Shown here: positions 16,092-23,347 of the stretch, in pieces
How the letters are laid out: every line of letters starts with the position of its first letter
Position numbering within the stretch: position 1 is the first letter of the stretch
Source of the DNA: a virus
Reading direction: 5' to 3' (one strand)
DNA length: 45,821 nucleotides
Virus record (IMG/VR): IMGVR_UViG_3300006151_000024
Span: 1 to 45,821 of that record
Program-made: the position numbers and the translations under genes
Notes under the pieces: generated by a model
What the model saw: only the letters and a program-made list of their open reading frames with translations
Told to the model about the DNA's origin: nothing
The model's database searches: none

Positions 16092-16714
16092 TCCGCCGCG
16101 CTCCTTTCGTCGATCCAGGCGGCGCACATATCCGCCTCCTGCAGACGCCACACCCACGGGGTCATGTTCATGGCCTCGGTCATGGAGCGGGATCCGCCTT
16201 TCACCGCGTCGTCATAGGCCCCCATGTGCCACCGGATGGCCAGGGCCTCCTCCTCGGTCAGCGCCATGTGGCGGGTGATCAGAAACAGGCTTTTCTCCCC
16301 GTGGCCCAGCGGGAAAGTGTCCCGGAACTCATACGGGGCCATGGTGGCCAGTTTTCCCTCCATTGCTGCCTTGAATGGGTCCGTCTGGTGGTATACGTCC
16401 GCCTTGCACACGTCATGCAGCAGGCCCAGGAGCGCCACGGTTTCCTCCTCCGCCTCCGAAAGATGGCGCACCCCCGGCGCGTCCCGGTCCGTCAGGTCCC
16501 GGACGGTGATTTCCCGCAGGCGGCGCCACACGTTCAGGCTATGGATCACCAGGCCGCCCGGCTGTGCCAGGTGCTTATTGGTGGAGGCCGGGGCCGTGAA
16601 AAAGTCCGTTTCATTCTCCAGCCAATACTCCAGGGCGTCCTTTCCGTTCCGGCCTATGGTGTTTCTATACACCGCCAGAAAATCCGCCCGTGGGTCCCTT
16701 GCTATCTGTTCCAT
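16088..16714 (-). CDS. HD-domain phosphohydrolase
   Basis: Contains HSLNV...LLGLLHDVCK...GHGEKS...IRWHMG. The Met at 16714 lies 6 nt after AAGGAG. Confidence 0.75.
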   Translation of the reverse strand: MEQIARDPRADFLAVYRNTIGRNGKDALEYWLENETDFFTAPASTNKHLAQPGGLVIHSLNVWRRLREITVRDLTDRDAPGVRHLSEAEEETVALLGLLHDVCKADVYHQTDPFKAAMEGKLATMAPYEFRDTFPLGHGEKSLFLITRHMALTEEEALAIRWHMGAYDDAVKGGSRSMTEAMNMTPWVWRLQEADMCAAWIDERSAAE

Positions 16715-16892
16715 GTTGATCTCCTTTCTTTCCTGGGCGGCCATTTCTCCAGCGAAACGTGGCGCACCTGTTGTACTGCGTGTCCCACTCCCATCCGCCC
16801 GGATAGGTACACGCACCGCCGCCCCGGTCCGTGTGGTATAGGCAATTCCGGCAGTCTGGCCGGTAGTCGTCCAGGTTGATGATCTCCGCCAT
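16665..16892 (-). CDS. Hypothetical Cys-rich small protein
   Basis: ORF MAEIINLDDYRPDCRNCLYH....C. Its 3' end overlaps the HD gene, so its extent is uncertain. Confidence 0.4.
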   Translation of the reverse strand: MAEIINLDDYRPDCRNCLYHTDRGGGACTYPGGWEWDTQYNRCATFRWRNGRPGKKGDQHGTDSKGPTGGFSGGV

Positions 16893-16897
16893 TTTTC

Positions 16898-17470
16898 CTA
16901 TTCCTCCGGTGCCTCGTTTCCCCAGGCGTCCCAGCCGTCCGCCCGCTGGCGGGCAAATAGTTCAATGCGGGGCACGTCGCCCAGCAGGTCCACGATCCGC
17001 TGCCGCGTTTCGTCCGGCTTTTTGCTGTGCCCCTGAAAAGGGGCCTCTATGATCTGGTGTACCCGGTGACTTTGGATCCGCTCCTTTGCCTTAAAGCCTG
17101 GAGCAATCCCCAGCAGGCACACCTCCGCATTGGCGCGGGTATAGGCACCCATGCCCCAAAAATTCCCGCCGTTCCTGCGGTTCTTTTTGACCCATACAAA
17201 AGCGGCGGTGACATAGCGAAACCCCCACGCCTCCATGACCTTGATGGCCTCCGCGATATTTGGGAACGTGGCCCACATAAAACAGGCCGCACCCTCCGCG
17301 CAGATGGAGGGGACCGGCATGGCGCAGATCTCGGCGGTGGTCATGGTCTGGTAATGTTTCACCGCGTTGCCCCTGCTCTTGTCCGTTGCGCCACACTGGC
17401 GATATGACCACGGCGGATCCGCATAGATCACGCTGTACCGCCGATCAGGTAGCTGGAGCAAGTCCGCCAT
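16898..17470 (-). CDS. MT-A70 family DNA N6-adenine methyltransferase
   Basis: MADLLQLPDRRYSVIYADPPWSY (DPPW motif), then ..HYQTM..........FMWAT......A..VMEAWGF and C-terminal HSKKPDE. The ATG at 17470 follows GGAAAGGGGTG. Confidence 0.85.
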   Translation of the reverse strand: MADLLQLPDRRYSVIYADPPWSYRQCGATDKSRGNAVKHYQTMTTAEICAMPVPSICAEGAACFMWATFPNIAEAIKVMEAWGFRYVTAAFVWVKKNRRNGGNFWGMGAYTRANAEVCLLGIAPGFKAKERIQSHRVHQIIEAPFQGHSKKPDETRQRIVDLLGDVPRIELFARQRADGWDAWGNEAPEE

Positions 17471-17738
17471 AGCTGCCACCCCTTTCCACCCGGCGCTGGG
17501 TTGGCTTGTCCGCCCACGGGCAGGTCCGCCGGTGGGGCACAAAGGCCACGGGGAGGTCCCGGCGCTCCTCCTCCGGCCCGGCCTGGCGCCCGGTGATGGT
17601 TGCGCCCATATCGTCCAGGAACGCCTCCGGGCCGTCGTCCTCGATCACGAAAACGGGATCCGGGTCCACAGGGACCTGCTTGCCCTCCAGGCTGGTGATC
17701 CAGTCAATTTCCTGTCCGCAAAATTTACACCGTGCCAC
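17445..17738 (-). CDS. Small hypothetical protein (CxxC at the N-terminus)
   Basis: GTG 17738 lies 6 nt after GGAGAGGAGGG. The protein begins VARCKFCGQEIDW. The longer track ORF overlaps the upstream gene. Confidence 0.45.
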   Translation of the reverse strand: MARCKFCGQEIDWITSLEGKQVPVDPDPVFVIEDDGPEAFLDDMGATITGRQAGPEEERRDLPVAFVPHRRTCPWADKPTQRRVERGGSYGGLAPAT

Positions 17739-18069
17739 AGGCCGCCCTCCTCTCCGCCCGGCGGCGCTCCGCCGCCGTGGTGAACTCCTCCACCATGCCC
17801 CGCTCCAGCAGGTCCTTGGTGTCCAGGTCGTGGACCACGCGGGAAACCTGCGGCCCGCCGAACTCCTTTTTTTCAATGGACAGCATGGGCTTTCCCATGC
17901 AGGTGGAGAAAAACGCCTTGCACCACAGGCCGCCGCCGTCCGCCCACTCCAGCCACCAGTCCGGCGTCCGGGGCGCTTTGGTGATTGTCACCCGTCGCAT
18001 TGGCGGCAGGGCCTCATAGGTGCCTACCAGCTTGTAAAGGCTGGTTTTGTTTGCTTTCAGTCTGAACAT
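17725..18069 (-). CDS. Hypothetical protein (114 aa)
   Basis: The ATG abuts the upstream stop (TAAATG). No motif recognised. Confidence 0.5.
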   Translation of the reverse strand: MFRLKANKTSLYKLVGTYEALPPMRRVTITKAPRTPDWWLEWADGGGLWCKAFFSTCMGKPMLSIEKKEFGGPQVSRVVHDLDTKDLLERGMVEEFTTAAERRRAERRAACGTV

Positions 18070-18453
18070 TTACCCCAGCACCTCCCGAAACCAGGCCATG
18101 ATCCGCTTTTCGTATTTCTTGCGGGTCCGCTTTTTCTTTGTGTGGATATACCGGCGGGCCAGGTCCGGCTCAAATATCCGCGCCAGGTGTACGGCCATAC
18201 CTAACTCCAGGGAGTACATAAAAGCCCGCAGGCCCTCCGCCGCCACCTCCATGGTTACGGACACGTCCGCCCATGCCTTTGACACGGTGGCCATGGCCTC
18301 CGCTGCGTCCGCCGCCGAAACCCCGCCCGCCGAATAGTCCGGCGTGATCTCCGGCAGGGTCTGGCCGATCTCCACGGGCTGGCCGTCAAGATAGGCCGCC
18401 ACAGGGCCGCCGCTGTTTTCAGGTCCCACTTGGCCAGCCCTCCCCGCGCTCAT
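18070..18453 (-). CDS. Hypothetical protein (start uncertain)
   Basis: ORF in operon context. Basic C-terminus: HTKKKRTRKKYEKR. Confidence 0.45.
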   Translation of the reverse strand: MSAGRAGQVGPENSGGPVAAYLDGQPVEIGQTLPEITPDYSAGGVSAADAAEAMATVSKAWADVSVTMEVAAEGLRAFMYSLELGMAVHLARIFEPDLARRYIHTKKKRTRKKYEKRIMAWFREVLG

Positions 18454-18889
18454 ACCCCAGCAGGATATTGTGGCCCATGTCGCCCAGGCTGTGCGCCAGG
18501 ACCTCCAATTCCAGCAGGTCCCGGTATTTCAGCCCCTTGGCGTCCAGCATGGCGTGGAACTGCTTGGCCCGCTCGGTCACTTCCCGGATGGCGGCCTGCT
18601 CCCTGGCCATGTCCTCCGCCGCAAACTCCACCAGCAGGGCCTCCGGGTCAATCTCCCCGGTTGCGATCTTCTGGCAGAACTCTTTGGCGCCGTCCAGTTT
18701 GAAATGGAGGTGCCCCGCCGTACTCATGCCCAGGCTTTCAATATCTCTGTGCCGGACTACAACGGAATAGGTCATTTTCTCCGGGTCCGCCTCTCTGGCG
18801 TCACCATAAAGGGTAAAGACCAGATTTCCCCGCCGCCCCTCCAGGAAACCGCCGCGATCCCGGAACTTGATTTCCTTTTGTTTCGCCAT
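18419..18889 (-). CDS. Hypothetical protein (156 aa)
   Basis: AGGAGGA RBS before ATG 18889. No motif recognised. Confidence 0.55.
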   Translation of the reverse strand: MAKQKEIKFRDRGGFLEGRRGNLVFTLYGDAREADPEKMTYSVVVRHRDIESLGMSTAGHLHFKLDGAKEFCQKIATGEIDPEALLVEFAAEDMAREQAAIREVTERAKQFHAMLDAKGLKYRDLLELEVLAHSLGDMGHNILLGYERGEGWPSGT

Positions 18890-18898
18890 GGTGTCCTC

Positions 18899-19183
18899 CT
18901 ATCTCCCGGCGGCTCCCGCCGTCTTGCCGCTGTTTGTGGGCTGCCCGGTCCGCTTGCCCCGGCGCTCCAGCGACGCCTGCACCCGGCTCTGGGCCAGTTC
19001 CGCGCTATACCGCAGGCGCTGGTCCGGCAGGCGGGTCCCGTCCTGCCCCCTGGTCATTTCCTTATAAACCACATGGACAGACACGCCCGTGGTTTCGGAA
19101 ATTTCTTTAGGCGTCCGCCCATCCTCCCACAGCTTTTCAATTTTCTGGCGGTCCTCCAGGGTCCGAAAAGCATAGTCAGCCAT
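18899..19183 (-). CDS. Stand-alone HTH protein resembling the N-terminal DNA-binding domain of IS30-type transposases
   Basis: MADYAFRTLEDRQKIEKLWEDGRTPKEISETTGVSVHVVYKEMTRG....RYSAELAQSRVQASLERRG parallels the N-terminus of the transposase at 20717..21766 (..WEQRLKIEGALRTGAKPAAIAKEIGVCKKTIYNEIARG....RYCADVAERKYQENL). Confidence 0.55.
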   Translation of the reverse strand: MADYAFRTLEDRQKIEKLWEDGRTPKEISETTGVSVHVVYKEMTRGQDGTRLPDQRLRYSAELAQSRVQASLERRGKRTGQPTNSGKTAGAAGR

Positions 19184-19187
19184 ATTT

Positions 19188-19742
19188 TCACCCCTTTCCA
19201 TTTGCCAGGTTTTTCAGGTCCTCGACTTCCTTATAAAGTTCCTGGCGGCGCTTGTCCGTGATCATGCCCAGCTGCTGGGCCATATCCAGCGCCCCAATAT
19301 AGGACCAATACCACGCCAGCCTGCCCTCCCGCGTCTGGTTGTCATTGTCGGACCGGATAGCGCGTTCCGCCTCCGCCCTCATGGCGGCGATCAGCTTTTC
19401 CACGTTCTGGTCCATGTCTTTCCAGGCCGCCCCACAGCTGGGGCAATACTCAAACGGCGGTGACTTCTCGGCGCACACCGGGCAGGTTTCCCCCTCCTCG
19501 ATCTGGTACAGGGCCACAGTGTCGCCTTTCTGGCCGTCCTCCAGATACAGGTCGTCGCCGCCCATGGCGGCCTCGCTGCAGTTCAGAATAATGGCATAGT
19601 GGCCACAATACCGCTGGCGCTCCTCATACATGATCAGGTCCTGGATCTCCGCCAGCGTCAGCTTGCCGCGTTTCTTTTCGATCCGCAGGGCCAGGCGGCC
19701 CTTGTAGTCATATGCCCACGACATTTCAATACCGCGTTTCAT
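19188..19742 (-). CDS. Hypothetical protein with a zinc-ribbon motif (184 aa)
   Basis: Internal Met MKRGIEMSW at 19742. Contains CPVC....CPSC. Confidence 0.55.
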   Translation of the reverse strand: MKRGIEMSWAYDYKGRLALRIEKKRGKLTLAEIQDLIMYEERQRYCGHYAIILNCSEAAMGGDDLYLEDGQKGDTVALYQIEEGETCPVCAEKSPPFEYCPSCGAAWKDMDQNVEKLIAAMRAEAERAIRSDNDNQTREGRLAWYWSYIGALDMAQQLGMITDKRRQELYKEVEDLKNLANGKG

Positions 19743-19788
19743 GCGTTCCCCTTTCTTGCCCTCGTAACCTCCGGGGCGGGCTTTGGGT

Positions 19789-20427
19789 TTATCGGTACTG
19801 CGCACCCAGCACTCCGCAGATGGCGGTAGAAAGATCAAACGGGATCCCCTGGCTCACCCGCACCTTGTCCAGCATGGCGTTGATCCCGGCGATCATCCAG
19901 TCGTCCACGTCCTCCTCCATGTTCACCAGGATATTCACCGCCGCGATACAGTCCGTAATGCTGCCCATCGCAACGCGGGCGTTGTTCTCTGCGGTCAGCA
20001 CCATGCACTTGATTTCCCCGCCCTCTGTTGCGTCGTCCTGCATTTCTTTCACGGCGGCGTCCTCGCGCTTTTTGTTGTCCAGCTGACCGACATATTCCAC
20101 GGTGTAGAAATACGCAAGGCGCTGGATCCGCTTTGCCGTCTCGCGCCGCTCCTCTTTGGTGGCGCTCCCGCTGTCCTCGGTGTCCTTGGTGCTGTCGCTG
20201 GTGGCGGCCTCCGCAGGGGCCTGGATCCAGATGTTGACGCTCTTGCCGTCCGGCAGGTTGACCTCCAGGCGGTTGCCCAGGTCGCTGATCCAGGCGTTCA
20301 CGTCGCTGGCGGTACTGTAATAAATGGGGTAGCCCGCCCGCTCGCTGCGGCTGGCGTCATGCTCATAACGGGTGGGGAAAATCTTTTGCACCTCTGCCCA
20401 GGCGTCTCTAATGCTGGTAACTGTCAT
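19789..20427 (-). CDS. First early-operon protein, hypothetical (212 aa)
   Basis: GAGGAGGG lies 8 nt before ATG 20427. It is the first ORF downstream of the early promoter. Confidence 0.6.
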   Translation of the reverse strand: MTVTSIRDAWAEVQKIFPTRYEHDASRSERAGYPIYYSTASDVNAWISDLGNRLEVNLPDGKSVNIWIQAPAEAATSDSTKDTEDSGSATKEERRETAKRIQRLAYFYTVEYVGQLDNKKREDAAVKEMQDDATEGGEIKCMVLTAENNARVAMGSITDCIAAVNILVNMEEDVDDWMIAGINAMLDKVRVSQGIPFDLSTAICGVLGAQYR

Positions 20428-20473
20428 TTTTCAGGCCCTCCTCGCACTTTTCGGCGGTGTGATGTATAAAAAA

Positions 20474-20513
20474 ATTAGGTTACACTCGGTCGCTTGACCT
20501 TGTGTAACCTAAT
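20474..20513. promoter_or_regulatory. Palindromic operator candidate (12-bp arms, 16-bp spacer) overlapping the early promoter -10 and start site
   Basis: attaggttacac (20474-20485) and gtgtaacctaat (20502-20513) are perfect reverse complements. Confidence 0.6.
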
Positions 20514-20540
20514 ATTAACGCCTGCCGCGCCAAATGTCAA
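20512..20540 (-). promoter_or_regulatory. Early (leftward) promoter, near-consensus
   Basis: The minus strand reads TTGACA-tttggcgcggcaggcgt-TAATAT, with a 17-nt spacer. It lies about 85 nt upstream of the first early gene. Confidence 0.7.
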
Positions 20541-20580
20541 GACTAAATTACAAAAAATTATAAAAAGTTTTTAATGGCCC

Positions 20581-20614
20581 TAAAAACGGGGGTCCCGCTC
20601 CAGGTGGGATCCCC
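20581..20614 (-). terminator. Intrinsic terminator candidate after the transposase gene
   Basis: The minus strand reads ggggatccc-acctggagc-gggaccccc (one mismatch) followed by GTTTTTA. Confidence 0.5.
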
Positions 20615-20716
20615 ATTTTCCGCGCCTCCACGGCGCTGGCGGTGCAAAAATGGCGCAAAGAATTGGCCGGCGTCCCTGGGCGGTTCCGGCCTGGTCGTTT
20701 TCCCGTGTTCAGCTGG

Positions 20717-21766
20717 TCAGGCCGCCACGGTCATGTATTCGTCATAAAGCATTTGCGGCGTTTTCCACTCCAGGATCCGGCGCGGATAGTTGGCCAGCCA
20801 CTCCTCCACCTCCGCAACCTCCGCCGCGCTCACATTGTCAAAGTTGGTCCCCTTTGGAAAAAACCGTCTTATGATCCGGTTCATGTTTTCGTTGCTGCCC
20901 CGCTCATAGGCAGAATATGGGTGACAATAAAAAATCTTTGTGCGCGGTTTCCTGGCCCGCTTGGATCGCTCCATCCCCTCGCAGTCCTGGAACTCGCACC
21001 CATTATCTACCGTGATAGACCGGAAAACCTCCCGGAACTTTGCCCCCATGCGGCGCTCCATGCGGTCCAGCGCCCGGACCACGCTTTCCATGGTATGATC
21101 AGGCACCCGGACGATCACGGGGTAACGGGTCAGCCGCTCGGTCAGCACCACCAGCGCCGCCTTGCTGCCCTTGCACCCCATAACGCTGTCCATTTCCCAG
21201 TTTCCGAAAGTTTCCCGGCTGTTGATCTCCTCCGGGCGCTGTTCGATGGTGTCCCCCTTGGCCGGTCTGGCCCGGTTATTGTCGCCCGCTTTCCGCCCCT
21301 CGTTCCGCCGCTCCCCTTTATACAGCAGATCCGCCTCGGTCAAGTTCAGGAAAATGTCCCCGCGATAAATCCAGTTGTAAAGGGTGGTTTCGCAGATTTC
21401 TGTATCAAACTTTTTCCCGTCAATCTGGATCTGTGCCAGGGCAGCGCCTGGGGACCGCTTTTTATTTATGATCTGGTCCTCAATGTACTCTACAAAGGCA
21501 AAGTCTTTGCCCAGCTTAATGTCCGGCCCCTTTGCCCTCAAATTCTCCTGGTATTTCCGCTCCGCCACGTCCGCGCAGTATCTTTCCACAAATTCGTATT
21601 CACTGGTTTGCTGTACGCACATTCCCCGCGCTATTTCATTATAGATCGTTTTTTTACAGACGCCTATTTCTTTTGCAATCGCCGCCGGTTTCGCCCCTGT
21701 CCGCAGGGCACCCTCTATTTTCAGGCGTTGCTCCCACTGGATATGATGATAGCCCTTGTAATTCAT
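20717..21766 (-). CDS. IS30-family DDE transposase (349 aa)
   Basis: N-terminal HTH. DDE triad contexts are GNWEMDSV, ITVDNGCEF and YERGSNENMNRIIRRFFPKGTNF. ATG 21766 follows AAAGGAGG. No flanking inverted repeats were found by eye. Confidence 0.9.
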   Translation of the reverse strand: MNYKGYHHIQWEQRLKIEGALRTGAKPAAIAKEIGVCKKTIYNEIARGMCVQQTSEYEFVERYCADVAERKYQENLRAKGPDIKLGKDFAFVEYIEDQIINKKRSPGAALAQIQIDGKKFDTEICETTLYNWIYRGDIFLNLTEADLLYKGERRNEGRKAGDNNRARPAKGDTIEQRPEEINSRETFGNWEMDSVMGCKGSKAALVVLTERLTRYPVIVRVPDHTMESVVRALDRMERRMGAKFREVFRSITVDNGCEFQDCEGMERSKRARKPRTKIFYCHPYSAYERGSNENMNRIIRRFFPKGTNFDNVSAAEVAEVEEWLANYPRRILEWKTPQMLYDEYMTVAA

Positions 21767-21789
21767 AGCAGCCTCCTTTTGGCATGACA

Positions 21790-21820
21790 AAACCGGCGCG
21801 GTGCAATACCACGCCGGTTT
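21790..21820 (-). terminator. Hairpin between the XRE gene and the transposase gene (possible terminator/attenuator)
   Basis: aaaccggcg (21790-21798) pairs with cgccggttt (21812-21820), 13-nt loop. On the minus strand it runs into TTTTG. Confidence 0.45.
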
Positions 21821-22062
21821 CACTCTCTCCCCAGCAGCCACAACACGGAAACGTCCAGAATATCCGCTATTGTGGTAACTTCATAATCTGCCACATACCT
21901 GCTGCCGCTCTCAATCCTGCTTATGCTGTCCCGCTCCATGGGGATCCCTGTTAGTTGTAACTGTCTGCATAGATCAGACTGTGAAAAGCGTTTCGCCAGG
22001 CGGGCCAGTCTTATGCGATCACCACAAATATTTCTTTTTCCGTGAAATGTGTATGCCCTCAT
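21820..22062 (-). CDS. XRE-family HTH transcriptional regulator (CI/Cro-like, 80 aa)
   Basis: GDRIRLARLAKRFSQSDLCRQLQLTGIPMERDSISRIESGSRYV.DYEVTTIADILDVSVLWLLG is a classic HTH_3 domain. GGAGGA RBS. Confidence 0.8.
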   Translation of the reverse strand: MRAYTFHGKRNICGDRIRLARLAKRFSQSDLCRQLQLTGIPMERDSISRIESGSRYVADYEVTTIADILDVSVLWLLGRE

Positions 22063-22084
22063 GGTTTCCTCCAGCCGCCGAAAT

Positions 22085-22157
22085 AATCAAAATTTTTCTT
22101 AATATTACCACGGTTCCGTTTTCCGGCCCGTTGGAATATCCAGCAATCAAAAATTTT
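22085..22157. repeat. Two copies of AATCAAAA(T/A)TTTT bracketing a possible extended -10 (minus-strand TGgTAATAT at 22102-22110) for the XRE gene
   Basis: aatcaaaattttt at 22085-22097 and aatcaaaaatttt at 22145-22157. Operator candidates only. Confidence 0.35.
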
Positions 22158-22206
22158 GTTGTTTCGGCTCTGGAGGCTGGGCCGAAAGTGTCCCGGCCCC
22201 TTTTCT

Positions 22207-22392
22207 TTACTCCTCGGACAGTTTGCCCATGTCCGCCTCGATCAGCCCGATTATATAGGCGTTTAGGCTCTTTCCGCTCTCCTTTGCGTGTTGCATTATT
22301 TTTTCTTTTGCCCCCCCTGGAAAGCGGATGGTGTAATGGTCCAGTTTTTCAAGATACCGCTTGTTCCCCTCTAAATGCGCTTTTGTTGCCAT
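22207..22392 (-). CDS. Arc/MetJ-type ribbon-helix-helix DNA-binding protein (61 aa)
   Basis: The Met at 22392 follows GAGGTG. YTIRFPGGAKEKIMQHAKESGKSLNAYIIGLIEADM fits the Arc-like RHH pattern (lRlP..l...l...A...g.SlNa.I...L). Confidence 0.7.
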   Translation of the reverse strand: MATKAHLEGNKRYLEKLDHYTIRFPGGAKEKIMQHAKESGKSLNAYIIGLIEADMGKLSEE

Positions 22393-22458
22393 GTTTATCA
22401 CCTCGCCATTACTATACCACATTTCCATACATGAAACCATGAACATTTTACACAAAGT

Positions 22459-22509
22459 TCATGCAATCATGTTTGTGTATTCTGTCAATAGATATTCATG
22501 CAATCATGT
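22459..22509. repeat. 15-bp direct repeat TTCATGCAATCATGT x2 in the divergent control region (operator candidates)
   Basis: Exact copies at 22459-22473 and 22495-22509. An inverted repeat catgaac/gttcatg sits at 22439-22464. A TATAAT lies at 22512-22517 on the plus strand. Confidence 0.6.
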
Positions 22510-22565
22510 AGTATAATTCTTATTGTAAGGCAAGGGTACAGCCCTTTACGAAAGGAAGTGAGGAC

Positions 22566-22679
22566 ATGGACGAAATGAACACCACAATGGCCCTGCTCCG
22601 TGCGGTTCTGGAACTTATCGCTAAATGCGAAACGCTCGAAGAACTCCGCGAAAGCGTCAAGCGGATCATGGGCGAATAA
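22566..22679 (+). CDS. Small ORF (37 aa), below the ORF-track size cut-off
   Basis: ATG 22566 follows aggaagtgagg. Translation is MDEMNTTMALLRAVLELIAKCETLEELRESVKRIMGE. It lies downstream of the TATAAT at 22512. Confidence 0.4.
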   Translation: MDEMNTTMALLRAVLELIAKCETLEELRESVKRIMGE

Positions 22680-22683
22680 AAAA

Positions 22684-22760
22684 GGATAGCGGCTCCCCCG
22701 GTCAAAGGTAAGCCGCTATCCGCCACAAGGGCAGGCCGGTAGCCTTACACCGGCCCGCCC
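22684..22760 (+). other. Two consecutive 11-bp stem-loops between plus-strand ORFs
   Basis: ggatagcggct/agccgctatcc (22684-22694 / 22711-22721, perfect) and gggcaggccgg/ccggcccgccc (22729-22739 / 22750-22760, one mismatch). Neither is followed by a T-tract. Confidence 0.5.
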
Positions 22761-22805
22761 CCATAATAACAAAGTAAGGCGAAAAAAACAAGGGGGCAAA
22801 CGAAA

Positions 22806-23027
22806 ATGGCACAGTTTGAAGTTGGCAAGGAATACAAAACCCGCAGCATTGGTGATTATAATTGCATTTTTACCATTCTTATCACCGGGCGCACAGCGAA
22901 AACCGTTTCTTATAACTACCTGGGCCGGTCCCGCCGCTCCATGATCCACGTTGACCAGGATGGCGAATGGATCCAGCCGGACAGGTACAGCATGGCCCCC
23001 ACGTTCCGGGCCAGCCGCACAGCATGA
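22806..23027 (+). CDS. Hypothetical accessory protein (73 aa)
   Basis: Plus-strand ORF in an AT-richer island. A 9-bp GC hairpin follows it (cccccggca-cgg-tgccggggg, 23035-23055). Confidence 0.5.
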   Translation: MAQFEVGKEYKTRSIGDYNCIFTILITGRTAKTVSYNYLGRSRRSMIHVDQDGEWIQPDRYSMAPTFRASRTA

Positions 23028-23116
23028 CAAAGGACCCCCGGCACGGTGCCGGGGGCCTCGCTGTTGCCCCTACCTCTGCCATGTGGTAGAATTTTGGCGG
23101 GAAAGGGGGTGATAAA

Positions 23117-23347
23117 ATGGGCGGTCTGATCAAGTACACATTGTATCTTGAAAATGTTCCTATGGAAACCAGAGTGTCGCTATATGATACGTTTGACCCG
23201 GTTTCCTGGACGGGAGTATCTTGCAATAAAGATATTTCCGTTATTGAGTTCTTCCTGTTAGCGAATGAATATTTTGAAGATTACGCGAAACTCCCCCAAA
23301 ACTGCCGCATTATTGTCCAGCCGGATCATCCTCTTGGAAGAACTTAA
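23117..23347 (+). CDS. Hypothetical accessory protein (76 aa)
   Basis: AAAGGGGGTGA RBS before ATG 23117. AT-richer codon usage than the backbone. Confidence 0.45.
   Translation: MGGLIKYTLYLENVPMETRVSLYDTFDPVSWTGVSCNKDISVIEFFLLANEYFEDYAKLPQNCRIIVQPDHPLGRT

Noticed and set aside
20642-21787. 381-aa plus-strand ORF covering the transposase locus
   Set aside because: It lies exactly antisense to a transposase with intact DDE motifs. Its translation is Pro/Arg/Leu-rich with no RBS, the typical shadow ORF of GC-rich DNA.
20634-21808. Shared gcggtgcaa(a/t)a strings at 20639-20650 and 21797-21808 as possible IS30 element ends
   Set aside because: They are in direct orientation, not inverted. They are only about 11 nt long, and the right-hand one is the loop of a hairpin. 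That is not convincing as terminal inverted repeats or a target duplication.
22684-22760. Possible tRNA in the tandem stem-loop region
   Set aside because: The 5' and 3' ends cannot form an acceptor stem, and the two hairpins do not fit a cloverleaf. It is kept only as an unexplained structured element.
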